Shown one piece after another: positions 41,635 through 52,399 of a stretch of DNA of 64,000 nt. Source of the stretch: Sedimentisphaerales bacterium. Its GTDB lineage: Bacteria > Planctomycetota > Phycisphaerae > Sedimentisphaerales > SM23-30. Both the position numbers and the translations under genes were made by a program. The stretch is from assembly GCA_963663805.2 (NCBI GenBank), contig CAXXMR010000019.1, positions 160,001 through 224,000 of the forward strand. Reading direction: 5' to 3'. How positions within the stretch are numbered: position 1 is the first letter of the stretch; the number at the start of each line of letters is the position of its first letter. The notes below the pieces were generated by a model. It was not told the DNA's origin and did no database searches. It saw only the letters and a list, made by a program, of their open reading frames with translations.

Positions 41635-43856
41635 TCTACCCTCATTACTACGATACTGTTACCTTCCATAGCGACCACCTCAATTTCCGAATCGGCATCG
41701 ATAAACTCACCCCGCGCGACGACCTGAACCGGCTGATTATGGATAAAAGCGTTACCCGCCGGCCGCAAAACCGAAGTACTGCGACCCCGGTCACCAATTT
41801 TAATTTGAGCTTGTTCAACCGGCTCAGCGATAAACTGGACAGCAGAGCTTGCCGCCTGAACCGACGGCTTCAAGATAAGCCTGTTGGCCAAAGGCAGATT
41901 AGGGAAAAACCTCGCCAGCAAACAGGCAAAAAACACAAACGCAATCACCGCCAGCATAGTCCACAACAAATGACTCTCAAAGAGCTGCCACTGCTGCTCG
42001 GTGTGCGGCATAGGAAACTCGTCCGGCGGATTGCCAACCATCATCGCACCCAGAGCGAACATTACCATCAGAATACCGGCAATACCGGGGACGCCAAAAC
42101 CGGGGATAACGAATATTTCCGCGGCGATAAGAAATATACCCATTACAAAAACCGCGATTTCCCACCAGTTCGCCATGCCGATAACAAACTTACTGCCAAA
42201 AAGTATCACCAAAGCAACTACCGCAACCGCACCGGGCAAGCCCACACCGGGACTGTTCAGCTCAGCGTAAATACCAATCAACGCTACCATAAGCAGCAAA
42301 CCCGCAACAGTAGGGCTGTTTATCCAGCGGACCATTTCTTCCGACCAGTTGGTATGAACCTCGACAACCGGTCGCGGATATGTTACCTCGTCACGTTCTT
42401 CAAGAAACTTCAGCGCCCCCTCGCGGTCATCAACAACCGCACGAGCAAAGCCATATTGATAAGCCTCCTCAGCATCCATAGTCAGCAGTTCATCGGCTTT
42501 GACAATCAACTTCTTACCCGGCAAATCATACTTGAACGGGTCCGTCGGCATTTCGTCAGAGCGAAAATATTCATATTGACCGTCGCTGAGATTCTTGAGC
42601 TGCCAGACTTCCAGACCAACAGTTACCATAGCTTCACACAGAGCTTCGGGGTAATTATTGGCCTTGGCCGAAGCGCGAAAATTAGTCCGCAAAGGACTTT
42701 CAATTTTCTCCCGCTCGACCCCTTCGAGTTTACCGCCCATGGCAATCGGGGCACAGTCGCCCAGCACGGTTGATTTTTTCATAATAATGTCGTTACAGGC
42801 CACGCTAATCAGCGCCCCAGCCGAAATCGCCTTGGTCGGCACATAAGCAACCGTCAAAGCACGCGGCGAAACTTCGTGCATAAGATAACCCGAAATCTCC
42901 AAAGCGCTATCAACCCGACCACCATAGGTGTCGATTTCATAAATGATAGTCGTCGCCCCCTGATTGAGAGCGTCCTCGGTCCGCCGCTTGATAGATTGGT
43001 AAAGCCCTTGGTCAATCATATCGGCACAAACAATAACCACCGCGCGAGGCGGCTTGTCGGTAACAAGCCTTTTGGGGGTATCAGATTTTTCTGTTGTGGC
43101 TTCCGGTTTAATTTCTATCGGAGACAACTTGAGTTTTTCAAGCAGTTCATCCGAATCCGAAGCGGCAATCTCAGCCAGCCCCAACTCCACCGCCTGCTGA
43201 CCACTCAGCAGCAACGTCTCACTACTGGAAACCAGAGGCCCGGAACCCACCATAGTCCAAGGCGTATTAGGCTCCTGCATCGCCTGCTCAAACCCCTTCT
43301 GGTCTACAGCTTTAGTCTTGCCCCCTCGCTTTATCAGATAGATAATATCGTTTTTGCGAACCATGGCACGTGCCCAGACAGTCTCGTGCCCACCGGCCTG
43401 AGCCAGAGTGACAGCTTTATTCAGCACCGCCTGTTCGTCAAGACCGGAGGCCGCGGGATTATCCATGACAATCTGGCCAATCTGAGCAAAATTATCAACC
43501 GCGATTTTCCGACACGCCAAAACCGCCAGAGGCATCATGCCGCGGGCCTGTTTGGGCACCCAGGCGATAGTGGTAACATTATCTTTCTGTTTCAGCAAAG
43601 CAATATCCCGGCCCAGGTCCGCGAAGGTGTCGAACGATTCACCTATGCCGTCAAATCGAAAAATAATCGTGTTAGCGTCATTTTCACGGGCAAGGGTGAT
43701 TTGTCGTCTTACATTAAAAAGGGCATCGGTGGTTATATCCCCGCGAATATCTATAACGGCCGTAGAATAAGATTGGGCGGCCCAAAGAACAGGTCTTACC
43801 CCAAAAAACAGGCACGATAATAAAATCAGAGGTAAGCCCTTATTATTATAGAACAT
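41628..43856 (-). CDS. Long NfeD-family membrane serine protease with duplicated ClpP-like domain
   Basis: IDTYGG...AISAGA second domain; degenerate first domain; TM region; C-terminal LRPAG OB fold. Confidence 0.85.
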   Translation of the reverse strand: MFYNNKGLPLILLSCLFFGVRPVLWAAQSYSTAVIDIRGDITTDALFNVRRQITLARENDANTIIFRFDGIGESFDTFADLGRDIALLKQKDNVTTIAWVPKQARGMMPLAVLACRKIAVDNFAQIGQIVMDNPAASGLDEQAVLNKAVTLAQAGGHETVWARAMVRKNDIIYLIKRGGKTKAVDQKGFEQAMQEPNTPWTMVGSGPLVSSSETLLLSGQQAVELGLAEIAASDSDELLEKLKLSPIEIKPEATTEKSDTPKRLVTDKPPRAVVIVCADMIDQGLYQSIKRRTEDALNQGATTIIYEIDTYGGRVDSALEISGYLMHEVSPRALTVAYVPTKAISAGALISVACNDIIMKKSTVLGDCAPIAMGGKLEGVEREKIESPLRTNFRASAKANNYPEALCEAMVTVGLEVWQLKNLSDGQYEYFRSDEMPTDPFKYDLPGKKLIVKADELLTMDAEEAYQYGFARAVVDDREGALKFLEERDEVTYPRPVVEVHTNWSEEMVRWINSPTVAGLLLMVALIGIYAELNSPGVGLPGAVAVVALVILFGSKFVIGMANWWEIAVFVMGIFLIAAEIFVIPGFGVPGIAGILMVMFALGAMMVGNPPDEFPMPHTEQQWQLFESHLLWTMLAVIAFVFFACLLARFFPNLPLANRLILKPSVQAASSAVQFIAEPVEQAQIKIGDRGRSTSVLRPAGNAFIHNQPVQVVARGEFIDADSEIEVVAMEGNSIVVMRVEC

Positions 43857-44116
43857 AGCTGCCTGCTCCAAAATCAACCCTGTAAAAGTAAGATTGCTCC
43901 TTATTGTATAAGGTCCACACAGGTTATGGCAAGGGGAAATACCTCAAAACCCCCGGACTAGAACACGCTCCCCTCTTGCTGTTAAATTCTTTTCCCAATT
44001 GTAAAACGCTGACAAATTTGTTATAATCCCCCCTCGTGTTGACAGAATCGAAAAAAAGTCCAAATCAAGTTCGAAAAAACACTCTGACGCTCAGATATTA
44101 AGAGAGCGACAGACTT

Positions 44117-44467
44117 TTGACACTGGCGACAATGTTGCGGAAAAATCTAAAAAAAACGGTTTCATCTATCCCTGCCGAATCTCTGGACGAGATAGAGCTG
44201 GCACGTCAGGACTTGATTCTGGCGGGACTGGAACATCTCCGACGCCAAAAACCCGGACCAAACCAGAAGGAATCTGCCCCTGCCAAAAACACGAAGACAG
44301 CCCCCCAAAACAACCCGCCTTCGGACCAGGCCAGAACACAACTTGATTTACCACAGGCATTTAAGAGAGAGCGAACAAAACCCCAGGACTGCCCTTTTGT
44401 AGCGCAGGTCATGCGGCAGATTGTCACTACAGACATAGAAACACATCTGATCGACCGCTCAGAATAA
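44117..44467 (+). CDS. Hypothetical protein
   Basis: 116-aa ORF filling the gap; no recognisable motif. Confidence 0.4.
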   Translation: MTLATMLRKNLKKTVSSIPAESLDEIELARQDLILAGLEHLRRQKPGPNQKESAPAKNTKTAPQNNPPSDQARTQLDLPQAFKRERTKPQDCPFVAQVMRQIVTTDIETHLIDRSE

Positions 44468-44506
44468 TACAAATAGCGTGACTTCTTAAATCTATATCCT
44501 ACCGGG

Positions 44507-44782
44507 CTACTCTACAACGGCTACGGAATTCAGCGTTCCAAATGAATTGGCTGAATGAGTGTGGTTTTCAGGGTCCAGCAGCCACTGGTCGTCCAGTTTA
44601 AACTTATATTGATGGCTTCCCGGTTCAATAGGAACAGTTACGGCATAGCTGCCGTTTTTCTGCTTACGCATCGTTACCGGTTCCCAATCATTGAAATCTC
44701 CGGCAAGACAAACCTTCTTAACCCCATTTGCGGGAGTAACCGAAAAACGCACGGTTCCTTTTTTCCGACCTTTTTTGAACAT
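44507..44782 (-). CDS. Stand-alone glycogen-binding (CBM48/AMPK-beta-like) domain protein
   Basis: VCLAGDFNDW, HQYKFKLDDQWLLDP, NSFGTLNS. Confidence 0.88.
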   Translation of the reverse strand: MFKKGRKKGTVRFSVTPANGVKKVCLAGDFNDWEPVTMRKQKNGSYAVTVPIEPGSHQYKFKLDDQWLLDPENHTHSANSFGTLNSVAVVE

Positions 44783-44989
44783 AATATAACTCCGGCAGTG
44801 AAGCTCAATCGCATACCATATAATACAACCGTGTCTCAGGTTCTTTCGGTGAACCGAGGGACACCAAACCTTTATTAACCTTCCTGTCAGCCGAGCACTG
44901 AACTTGACACCTCTATTATTAGCCACGGCGGGAGTTCTTGTCAAGGAAGGCTTAGAAATTTCGGACGGCCCAATAACGTCGTCCCCTGC

Positions 44990-45997
44990 TTAGATGCCGG
45001 TTTGGGAGTTAATGATTTCAATAAACGTCAGCAGGTTTTCCAAAGGAACATCTTCTTCCACAGCGTGAGCCGGCGAAAACACATAGCCCCCTGGCATTCC
45101 AGCCTCGATAAGTTTGTGGGTATCAGCAGCGACGTCAGCGGTACTGCCAAACGGCAACGTTTTCTGAGTGCTAAGGCCGCCGTGGAAAGCAAGTCTGCCG
45201 CGATAACGCTCCAGCAACTCAAACACATCCATAACTTCAGGCTGAAAAGGATTAAAACAATTCAGCCCGCAATCTATCAGACAGTCGAAAAGCTCATCAA
45301 CATCACCGCAGGAGTGAATAAAAACATATTTGCCGGCCTCTCTGACGATACCGTACATCCGCCGCAACTGGGGCTCGATGAATTCATGCCATAACTTTGG
45401 ACCCATCAGAAGACCGTGTTGCTGACCCCAGTCATCCCCAAAATATACAGCGTCGATGTCATATTCCAGGGCATGACGCACCTGGGCGATATTGTAGTCG
45501 GCGATAGCGGTAAAAAGCTCATGTACAAAATCCGGGTTCTCATAAAAATCCATCATAAGATTTTCCATGCCGCGGAGCGTCCAGGCCCGCTCATAAAGAC
45601 TAAAACCTATCGGGAAAATCCGAAATAAGTCCTTATTCGCAGCGATATTCTGCTCAATGTTCTCAAACAAACGACCATCAAGCGGATCGGGCATCTGAAA
45701 ACCTTTAAGTGTCGGTTGGGGTAAAACCTGTCCTTCGATAACACCAATATCCTTGTCAGTTTCCCTGTTCCAGATTACCCCAAAAATATCGCGATAACGC
45801 TCATTGCCAACCGGCTCAAATAATCCCACATAACTTTTGAGTCTGCAAAAATGATTATTAACAACATCATCGTATTCTTCTCGACCAAAATGCCGGGCTA
45901 ACTTCTCATGAGCTTCCAGCGTAAAACTGCACGACCAGGGCACATAGGGTACTTCCTCACCAGCCAGGGCCAGCTTTACAACATCACGTTTGAGCAT
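44990..45997 (-). CDS. Uroporphyrinogen decarboxylase-family (methyltransferase-like) protein
   Basis: LRGMEN, GDDWGQQ, HSCGDV, NPFQPE, HGGLSTQKTLPFG; start placed at MLKRDVV. Confidence 0.88.
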   Translation of the reverse strand: MLKRDVVKLALAGEEVPYVPWSCSFTLEAHEKLARHFGREEYDDVVNNHFCRLKSYVGLFEPVGNERYRDIFGVIWNRETDKDIGVIEGQVLPQPTLKGFQMPDPLDGRLFENIEQNIAANKDLFRIFPIGFSLYERAWTLRGMENLMMDFYENPDFVHELFTAIADYNIAQVRHALEYDIDAVYFGDDWGQQHGLLMGPKLWHEFIEPQLRRMYGIVREAGKYVFIHSCGDVDELFDCLIDCGLNCFNPFQPEVMDVFELLERYRGRLAFHGGLSTQKTLPFGSTADVAADTHKLIEAGMPGGYVFSPAHAVEEDVPLENLLTFIEIINSQTGI

Positions 45998-46026
45998 TTC
46001 AGGTTTTCCAAAACTAGCGTATTTAC

Positions 46027-46066
46027 AAAAAAACCGGCCTCCGAATATCCGAATATCAGAGACCGG
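46027..46066 (-). terminator. Rho-independent terminator after the RRM gene
   Basis: ccggtctc/gaggccgg stem followed by T7 on the minus strand. Confidence 0.7.
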
Positions 46067-46097
46067 CTCGTTTTTGGCATTATTATCTAAGAAAAAC

Positions 46098-46412
46098 TTA
46101 GAAGCTGCGGTAACCGCCTCTGCCGCCACCACCGCCGCCGCCCCGACCGCCGCGAGGACGATCTTCACGAGGGCGAGCCTCATTTACTTTGAGGCCGCGA
46201 CCGTCCAGATCTTTGCCATTCAGGGCTTCAATAGCCTGACTGGCATCGTCATCCGAAGCCATCTCAACAAAGCCGAAGCCTTTGCTGCGACCGGTTTCGC
46301 GGTCCATGATGACTTTGGCGCTGGTTACCTGACCAAATTCAGTGAAAAGTTGTTCCAGATCGGCGTCGGAAGTGCCATAACTCAGGTTCCCGACATAAAT
46401 ATTCTTGCCCAT
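46098..46412 (-). CDS. RRM-domain RNA-binding protein with Gly-rich tail
   Basis: IYVGNL (RNP2), KGFGFVEM (RNP1), RGG tail. Confidence 0.95.
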   Translation of the reverse strand: MGKNIYVGNLSYGTSDADLEQLFTEFGQVTSAKVIMDRETGRSKGFGFVEMASDDDASQAIEALNGKDLDGRGLKVNEARPREDRPRGGRGGGGGGGRGGYRSF

Positions 46413-46645
46413 ATCATATCTCCACAGTGCAAAAGGGCATTTGACCCACATTTCTCTTTCGGGGTCAGTTTCGAAAGGGTTCGCAGTAAACCATATGAAT
46501 GCGCATTATATCGAGAATTATATAATTTCCATAATATTCTTTTTGATTTTTTGTTTCGCATAGGAAAAAAACTTTACAGACCGGTTTTTTGTGTGCATAA
46601 CTCTTGTAATTAAAAAAAGTTGTATTCCCAGGGAAGAGCAAAAAA

Positions 46646-48040
46646 ATGCCGAAATCAAGCCCACCAGTGCAAGTTCGCCTCAGAATCGAACCCTGGCCGG
46701 AGCTTATCCCGTTAGAGACTATTCTGGCCCGGCTGGAGATTCGCCCAAGACCTTTCGTCCTGGGCGACTTCACGGGCAGGCAGGGACGCTTTAGCCTTTT
46801 TTCTCCCCGCGCCGAGGAAATTTTTGAATTCAACAATAACACCGGCCCCAACCCGCTGCATTTACTCGATGAACTTTTGGCCCGCTATAAACTGACAGAA
46901 CCTATCGAGGGGGATTGGCCCTTCATGGCCGGCTGGGTCGGCTGGTTCAGCTACGACCTGGGGCGTTATATCGAAACGCTTCCAGATGACGTGAACCATG
47001 ACATCAAGCTGCCTTTGATAAATCTCGGCTTTTACGATTACGCCGCAATTTGGGACCATCAGACTGACCGCGGAATACTGACGGCCCTGGAATATCAGGG
47101 ACAAAGCTCCACCGCCCCGCAAAGACTGGCCCAACTGCGAACGTTTATCGAACCAGAACCCAATCCACCCTGCCGGCACCGACAGGCACCCCCTCTGAAT
47201 CCTGACCTGGAAGCACCATTAATCGCCATGCAACGAAATATTCATCCTGACGACTACCTGAAAAAGGTTACGCGGGCACGTGAATATATTCACGCTGGTG
47301 ATATTTTCGAGGTCAATCTCTCCCAGCGTTTCACCTTTCCTTACCACAAATCCGCTACCGAACTTTACCTCAAACTATGTGAGCGGAACCCCGCCGCTTA
47401 TGCCGCTTTGACAGGCGATGACCATCAGGCGGTAGTTAGTGCTTCGCCGGAGCTTTTCCTGCGTAAACGCGGCCGGGAAATCATTACCCGCCCCATTAAA
47501 GGCACCGCCAGACGCGGCACTAATGCCCAGACAGACCAACAGAACCGAGAAGCCCTGGAAAATTCCGAAAAAGAACAGGCCGAACTGAATATGATTATCG
47601 ACCTCGAACGAAACGACCTCGGCCGTATCTGCGAATATGGAAGCGTCAAAGTTCGCCAGATTCGCGAAATAGAGGCCCATCCCACCGTTTTCCACGCCGT
47701 ATCAACGATCGTCGGCACCTTAAACGATAATATTACCGTAGGGCAAATTCTACGGGCAACCTTCCCCGGCGGCTCGATTACAGGCGCACCCAAAATCAGG
47801 GCTATGGAAATCATCGACGAACTCGAACCAACAGCCCGCAGCGTTTATACCGGCAGTATCGGCTGGATCGGAATTAACGGAGACTTGGAGTTGAATATCG
47901 CCATCAGAACGATTATCCTTGAGGATGGATGGGCATATGTCCAGGCCGGCGGTGCAATCGTTGCCGACAGCGACCCGCAAAATGAATATGAAGAAACGCT
48001 CGCTAAGGCCCAGGCCCTGGCAGAAGTGCTCATAACCTGA
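46646..48040 (+). CDS. pabB: Aminodeoxychorismate synthase component I
   Basis: SASPELFL, TRPIKGT, MIIDLERNDLG, FPGGSITGAPKIRAM. Confidence 0.9.
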   Translation: MPKSSPPVQVRLRIEPWPELIPLETILARLEIRPRPFVLGDFTGRQGRFSLFSPRAEEIFEFNNNTGPNPLHLLDELLARYKLTEPIEGDWPFMAGWVGWFSYDLGRYIETLPDDVNHDIKLPLINLGFYDYAAIWDHQTDRGILTALEYQGQSSTAPQRLAQLRTFIEPEPNPPCRHRQAPPLNPDLEAPLIAMQRNIHPDDYLKKVTRAREYIHAGDIFEVNLSQRFTFPYHKSATELYLKLCERNPAAYAALTGDDHQAVVSASPELFLRKRGREIITRPIKGTARRGTNAQTDQQNREALENSEKEQAELNMIIDLERNDLGRICEYGSVKVRQIREIEAHPTVFHAVSTIVGTLNDNITVGQILRATFPGGSITGAPKIRAMEIIDELEPTARSVYTGSIGWIGINGDLELNIAIRTIILEDGWAYVQAGGAIVADSDPQNEYEETLAKAQALAEVLIT

Positions 48041-48043
48041 AAG

Positions 48044-48922
48044 ATGAGATTGAATATGGAACAGGTTTACCTCAATAACCAGATTACCCCAGCCGAAAAA
48101 GCATCCATCAGCATCCACGACACCGGAATCCTGCATGGCGTAGGTCTTTTTGAAACCATGCGCAGCTACAGCGGAAAAGTCTTCCGCCTCAGGGACCATC
48201 TCGACAGGCTTTTCTATTCCGCCGAAAAACTCGACATCGCCATAACCCAGCCCCGAACCGAAATCGAACAAGCCACAGAAAAACTGCTTCAGGCCAACAA
48301 CCTCAAAGACGCCAGAATCAGACTGACCCTAACCCGCGGCAATATACGGCAACTGCTCGAAGATGAAAACGACCAACCCCAAAGCACCCTTTTCATCACC
48401 GCCTCAGCCCTGACCGCCTACCCCGAAGAATACTATAAAAACGGTATACTCACCGTGCTTGCCAACTATAAACAAAACCCCAACGACCCGCTCACAGGAC
48501 ATAAAACCATAAATTATTTCAACCGACTGATAGCCTTGCACGAAGCCCGCAAAAAAAACGCCGGCGAAGCACTCTGGTTCACCCCCGCCAACCGACTCGC
48601 CGAAGCCTGCATGAGCAACGTATTCCTGGTCGTTGATGATAAACTAGTGACACCAAAACTAGACACCCCCGTCCTGCCCGGAATCACCCGGCAGGCAGTT
48701 ATCCAACTGGCCGAAAAAGAAGGACTCGAAGTACAGCAGCGCGAAGTGCTCGTCAATGATATCATGTCAGCCTCGGAAATGTTACTCACCAACAGCATCA
48801 TGGAAATCATGCCGGCCAAACAGTTCGAAGCACACGTAATCGGCACTGGAACACCCGGCGAAATATTCAAACTCCTAAGCGAAAAATACCGACAGGCAGT
48901 CGCCCGGGAATGCTTCGAATAA
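48044..48922 (+). CDS. Class IV aminotransferase (PabC/IlvE-like)
   Basis: GVGLFETMR, HLDRL, HKTINY, LPGITR; follows pabB. Confidence 0.88.
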   Translation: MRLNMEQVYLNNQITPAEKASISIHDTGILHGVGLFETMRSYSGKVFRLRDHLDRLFYSAEKLDIAITQPRTEIEQATEKLLQANNLKDARIRLTLTRGNIRQLLEDENDQPQSTLFITASALTAYPEEYYKNGILTVLANYKQNPNDPLTGHKTINYFNRLIALHEARKKNAGEALWFTPANRLAEACMSNVFLVVDDKLVTPKLDTPVLPGITRQAVIQLAEKEGLEVQQREVLVNDIMSASEMLLTNSIMEIMPAKQFEAHVIGTGTPGEIFKLLSEKYRQAVARECFE

Positions 48923-48941
48923 ACAATGGAAAGATAACCAG

Positions 48942-50061
48942 ATGAAACTAGAAAAACTATTGGTGGAACTAAATAACATCGCTCCCCTGGACCTCGCCGA
49001 AGATTGGGATAATGTCGGACTGCTCGCCGGAGACCCCCAACAGCAAATCAAATCCATCATGCTGACCATCGACATGACCCCCAAAGTCTTCGCTGAAGCT
49101 CGCCGCAAAAAAGTAGATATGATTCTCGCTTACCACCCGCCGATTTTCGAACCGCTCAAAAAAATCGTCGCTAACCAACCCCCCGCACCTCTGCTCTACG
49201 AAGCAATCCGATCAGGACTCGCGATTTACTCGATGCACACCGCCCTTGATTCCGTCCGCCCCGGCGTAAATGACGCCCTCGCAGAAATCGTCGGCATCAC
49301 CAACCCGCAAGTGCTGGTCGAACCCAAAACCCAACCCGACAAAATGTGCAAACTCGTAGTATTCGTCCCCACCACCGATCTGGAAAAAGTCAGCGCAGCG
49401 ATCTTCGCCGCCGGAGCCGGCAAGTTCGGCACCGGACCATATTCCAAATGCAGCTTCCGCACTCCCGGCACAGGAACTTTCCACTGCGGCACCGGCAGCA
49501 ACCCCACCATCGGCAAGACCGGCCACTTCGAACAGGCCGAAGAACTAAGACTCGAAACCATCCTGCCCACAAATAAATTGCCCGAAGTTATAAAAGCACT
49601 CACCGCCGCCCACAGCTACGAAGAACCCCGCCTACGACATCTACCCCTTGCTCTCACCACCTGCCGACACCGGCCTGGGACGTTTCGGCAACCTGGAAAA
49701 ACCAGTGGCACTCAAAGAAATGTTCGCCCGCATCCGCCAACGCCTCAATACCAAAACACTCGGCATCATCGGCCCGCGTACCGGCAAAATCAAACGACCC
49801 GCCGTCTGCGCCGGTTCCTGCGGCACCATCTTCCGCGAAGTCATCCGCCGCGGCTGCGACTTCTACCTCACCGGCGAACTCAAACACCATCACGCCCTCG
49901 AACTCCAAAACGCCGACATAACCACCGTCTGCGTCAGCCACTCAATCTCCGAACGACACATACTAAAAAATATCGCCCAACGCCTCACCAAAACCGCACC
50001 TGGATTGAGATGCCTGCTCAGTCGAGACGACCGCGACCCCTTCACCTGGATAGTCGAATGA
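48942..50061 (+). CDS. Nif3-like dinuclear metal centre protein (YqfO type), +1 frameshift at 49626-49629
   Basis: WDNVGLL, YHPPIF, HTALD, PII-like insert; removing one C gives HSYEEPAYDIYPL; ends TGELKHH...HSISE. Confidence 0.88.
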
Positions 50062-50996
50062 AAAACACCCCTATAAAAATCCTGTTCATCCTAGCAAGCA
50101 TCCTTATATCCGGATGTTCCCAACCCGAACCCGCCGCCAGCACCACCTTACACAACACCACCCCGGATTATATCGCCCAGGTCAACGGCCAACCTATCAC
50201 TCGCACAGCACTCGACCAGCTCATCCTGCCCGGCAAAGGCAAAACCGCACTGGAAGAACTAATCCAGCTCGAAGCCGTCCGACAGGAAGCCCAAAAACAG
50301 GCGCAAAATTACACCGACAAAGATTTGATTCAACAAGAATTCGACTTAATGCTCCAGGACATGGCCCCCGACAAAGACCGCACCGACCAGATGGCCCTAT
50401 TTAGATACATGCTCAAAAGCCGTCAACTCACCCCTGCCGAATTTGATGTAATCTTATTGCGCCGAGGCCTGCTCCGAAAATTGATAGACCCCAACGTCGA
50501 AATCACCGACGACCAGCTGCAAACCGAATATGAAAAACAATACGGCCCCAAAGTCATTATCCGCCAGATAATCTCATCGTCGCTCAAAAATATCGAGTCT
50601 GCAAAACGGATGCTCGATCGCGGCGATGATTTCACTCAGGTAGCAGTTACCATGTCGCAGGACCAACGCAGCGTAGAAAAAGGTGGACGGCTCGGCCCAT
50701 TCTCCAAAGTCGATACCGAAATCCCCGAAACCATCCGTCAAACCGCCTTCAACCTGACCAAACAGGGACAGAAAAGCACGCTGATTCACTTCCTGGACAA
50801 CCATCAGCAGGAATGGTGGGCTATAATCCAACTGGAAAAAAAAATCCCCGCCGACCCAATAGATTTCGATACCGTAAAAAATAAATTGAACGAACAGATA
50901 ACCACCCGCACCATAAACGAACGAATGATAAATAAAATGAAACTATTACGCCACCAGGCCCAAACCGTTATCTTCCATCCATTACTAAAAAATTAA
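50058..50996 (+). CDS. PpiC-type peptidyl-prolyl isomerase lipoprotein (PrsA/SurA-like)
   Basis: Lipobox ISGC, IAQVNGQPIT, FTQVAVTMSQD...GGRLG; own ATG overlaps the Nif3 stop. Confidence 0.8.
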   Translation: MKNTPIKILFILASILISGCSQPEPAASTTLHNTTPDYIAQVNGQPITRTALDQLILPGKGKTALEELIQLEAVRQEAQKQAQNYTDKDLIQQEFDLMLQDMAPDKDRTDQMALFRYMLKSRQLTPAEFDVILLRRGLLRKLIDPNVEITDDQLQTEYEKQYGPKVIIRQIISSSLKNIESAKRMLDRGDDFTQVAVTMSQDQRSVEKGGRLGPFSKVDTEIPETIRQTAFNLTKQGQKSTLIHFLDNHQQEWWAIIQLEKKIPADPIDFDTVKNKLNEQITTRTINERMINKMKLLRHQAQTVIFHPLLKN

Positions 50997-51088
50997 GTAA
51001 CCGTTCCTATTTTTTACAAAAAGACCCCGAAGGGGCGAAAGAAAATTAATTGCCGTTAAAAACCCAAGTAATCCGTGGTTAAATATTT
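50997..51088 (+). repeat. Composite intergenic repeat locus (+ orientation)
   Basis: 51020-51049 matches 15278-15307; GCCGTT at 51052; 51051-51088 is 32/38 identical to 61792-61829. Confidence 0.75.
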
Positions 51089-52399
51089 ATGAGTTTGCTT
51101 TTCAAATCACTGGCCGAACGAGACTTTGTTGGCGGAATCTATCTGCCGGCCCTGGGCGATTTGCCGCCCGTAGACAAAATAGAATCTTTCGATTATCAGG
51201 GCGAACTGCTCCTGCCGCTCCGTCCCGCCGAATGTCCACCCATGGAACTAACCGTCGAACCAGGCCAACGCATACACCAAGGCCAACTCCTTGCCCAAAG
51301 CCCTGCGGGCCATCGCCTCTTCGCGCCTCACGCCGGACTCGTAGGCGACATTTCAAAAGCAACCGTACACGGCCGTGCCGGCCAACCGGTGCTAATGCTA
51401 ATCCCCAACAGCGACACCGATGAAAACGCCAGCCAAATCACACCAGAACTCCTCCTCCGCGGCGGAATCCAGCGAACCCTCGAACAAGCCGGCATTATGC
51501 TCGACACCGGAGAATCTATCAGCCGCTGGTACGACAGAACCAAACCCCACAAGCTCGCCGCCGTAGTCGCCAACGCCACCCCTCTGGAACCTATGTTCAA
51601 CACCCCCCTGGCAATCATGCACAGTTACAACGCCGAAGTATTCACCGGCCTGGCAATCCTCAAAAAATGGTTTCAGGCTCAGGAAGCATACCTCACCTAC
51701 CCCGAACATTTCAACCTCAACACCGAAGCCGCCGCCCAGTGGGAAGTCGAATGCCTACCCGTCAGCGAAAAATACCCTCAGGGACGAGGCGACATGGTAC
51801 TCCGCACACTCCAACGCCAACGAGTATTAGACAGAAAACGCCACCCCGAAGGAGCCGTACAGGTCTTCGGCGTCCAGCTCCTCCGACAGATAACCCAGAT
51901 ACTACTCCACGCCCAGTTGCCGACCCATCGCATCGTCACCATCTGCGGAGACGGAATACGCCAGCCCCGCCACTTCGAAGTACCCATCGGCACTCCGCTT
52001 GCCGCACTGCTCGAACAAGCCGGCCTCTACACCAACGTAGATTGCATCGTCGAAGGAGCCATGATCCTCGGCACCGCTATCGACGCCGCTCAGTCAGTAA
52101 TCGGCCCCCGCTGCGACGGATGCACCGTCATCAAACAGGTCCCCCAACGCTGCCCCACCTGCTGCATGAAATGCGGATGGTGCATCGACGATTGCCCGGC
52201 CCGAATAAACCCCGCTCAACTCTACGAAAGCTGGCAGCAGAACCGCGTCAAGCCCCAAATGAAAAACATGCTCGACCGCTGCATCGAATGCGGCGTATGC
52301 TCCTACCTCTGCCCCTGCAACCTGCCCATCCTAAGTGCCATCCGCACAATGAAAAAAACGCTCGGCCTGGGCCAAATCAATTGCGAGGCCAAAACCTGA
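51089..52399 (+). CDS. rnfC: RnfC/RsxC-like protein (degenerate)
   Basis: KYPQG, VPIGT SLBB domain, CMKCGWCIDDCP and CIECGVCSYLCP; GGAGFP motif absent. Confidence 0.75.
   Translation: MSLLFKSLAERDFVGGIYLPALGDLPPVDKIESFDYQGELLLPLRPAECPPMELTVEPGQRIHQGQLLAQSPAGHRLFAPHAGLVGDISKATVHGRAGQPVLMLIPNSDTDENASQITPELLLRGGIQRTLEQAGIMLDTGESISRWYDRTKPHKLAAVVANATPLEPMFNTPLAIMHSYNAEVFTGLAILKKWFQAQEAYLTYPEHFNLNTEAAAQWEVECLPVSEKYPQGRGDMVLRTLQRQRVLDRKRHPEGAVQVFGVQLLRQITQILLHAQLPTHRIVTICGDGIRQPRHFEVPIGTPLAALLEQAGLYTNVDCIVEGAMILGTAIDAAQSVIGPRCDGCTVIKQVPQRCPTCCMKCGWCIDDCPARINPAQLYESWQQNRVKPQMKNMLDRCIECGVCSYLCPCNLPILSAIRTMKKTLGLGQINCEAKT

Noticed and set aside
41625..43820. Long + strand ORFs (382 and 314 aa)
   Set aside because: Antisense shadows of nfeD with no recognisable motifs.
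44990..46183. 397-aa ORF with a long N-terminal extension
   Set aside because: The extension overlaps the RRM gene and its terminator; the real start is about 45997.
48942..50996. 684-aa Nif3-PPIase fusion ORF
   Set aside because: Artefact of the +1 C at 49626-49629; the PPIase has its own ATG and lipoprotein signal at 50058.
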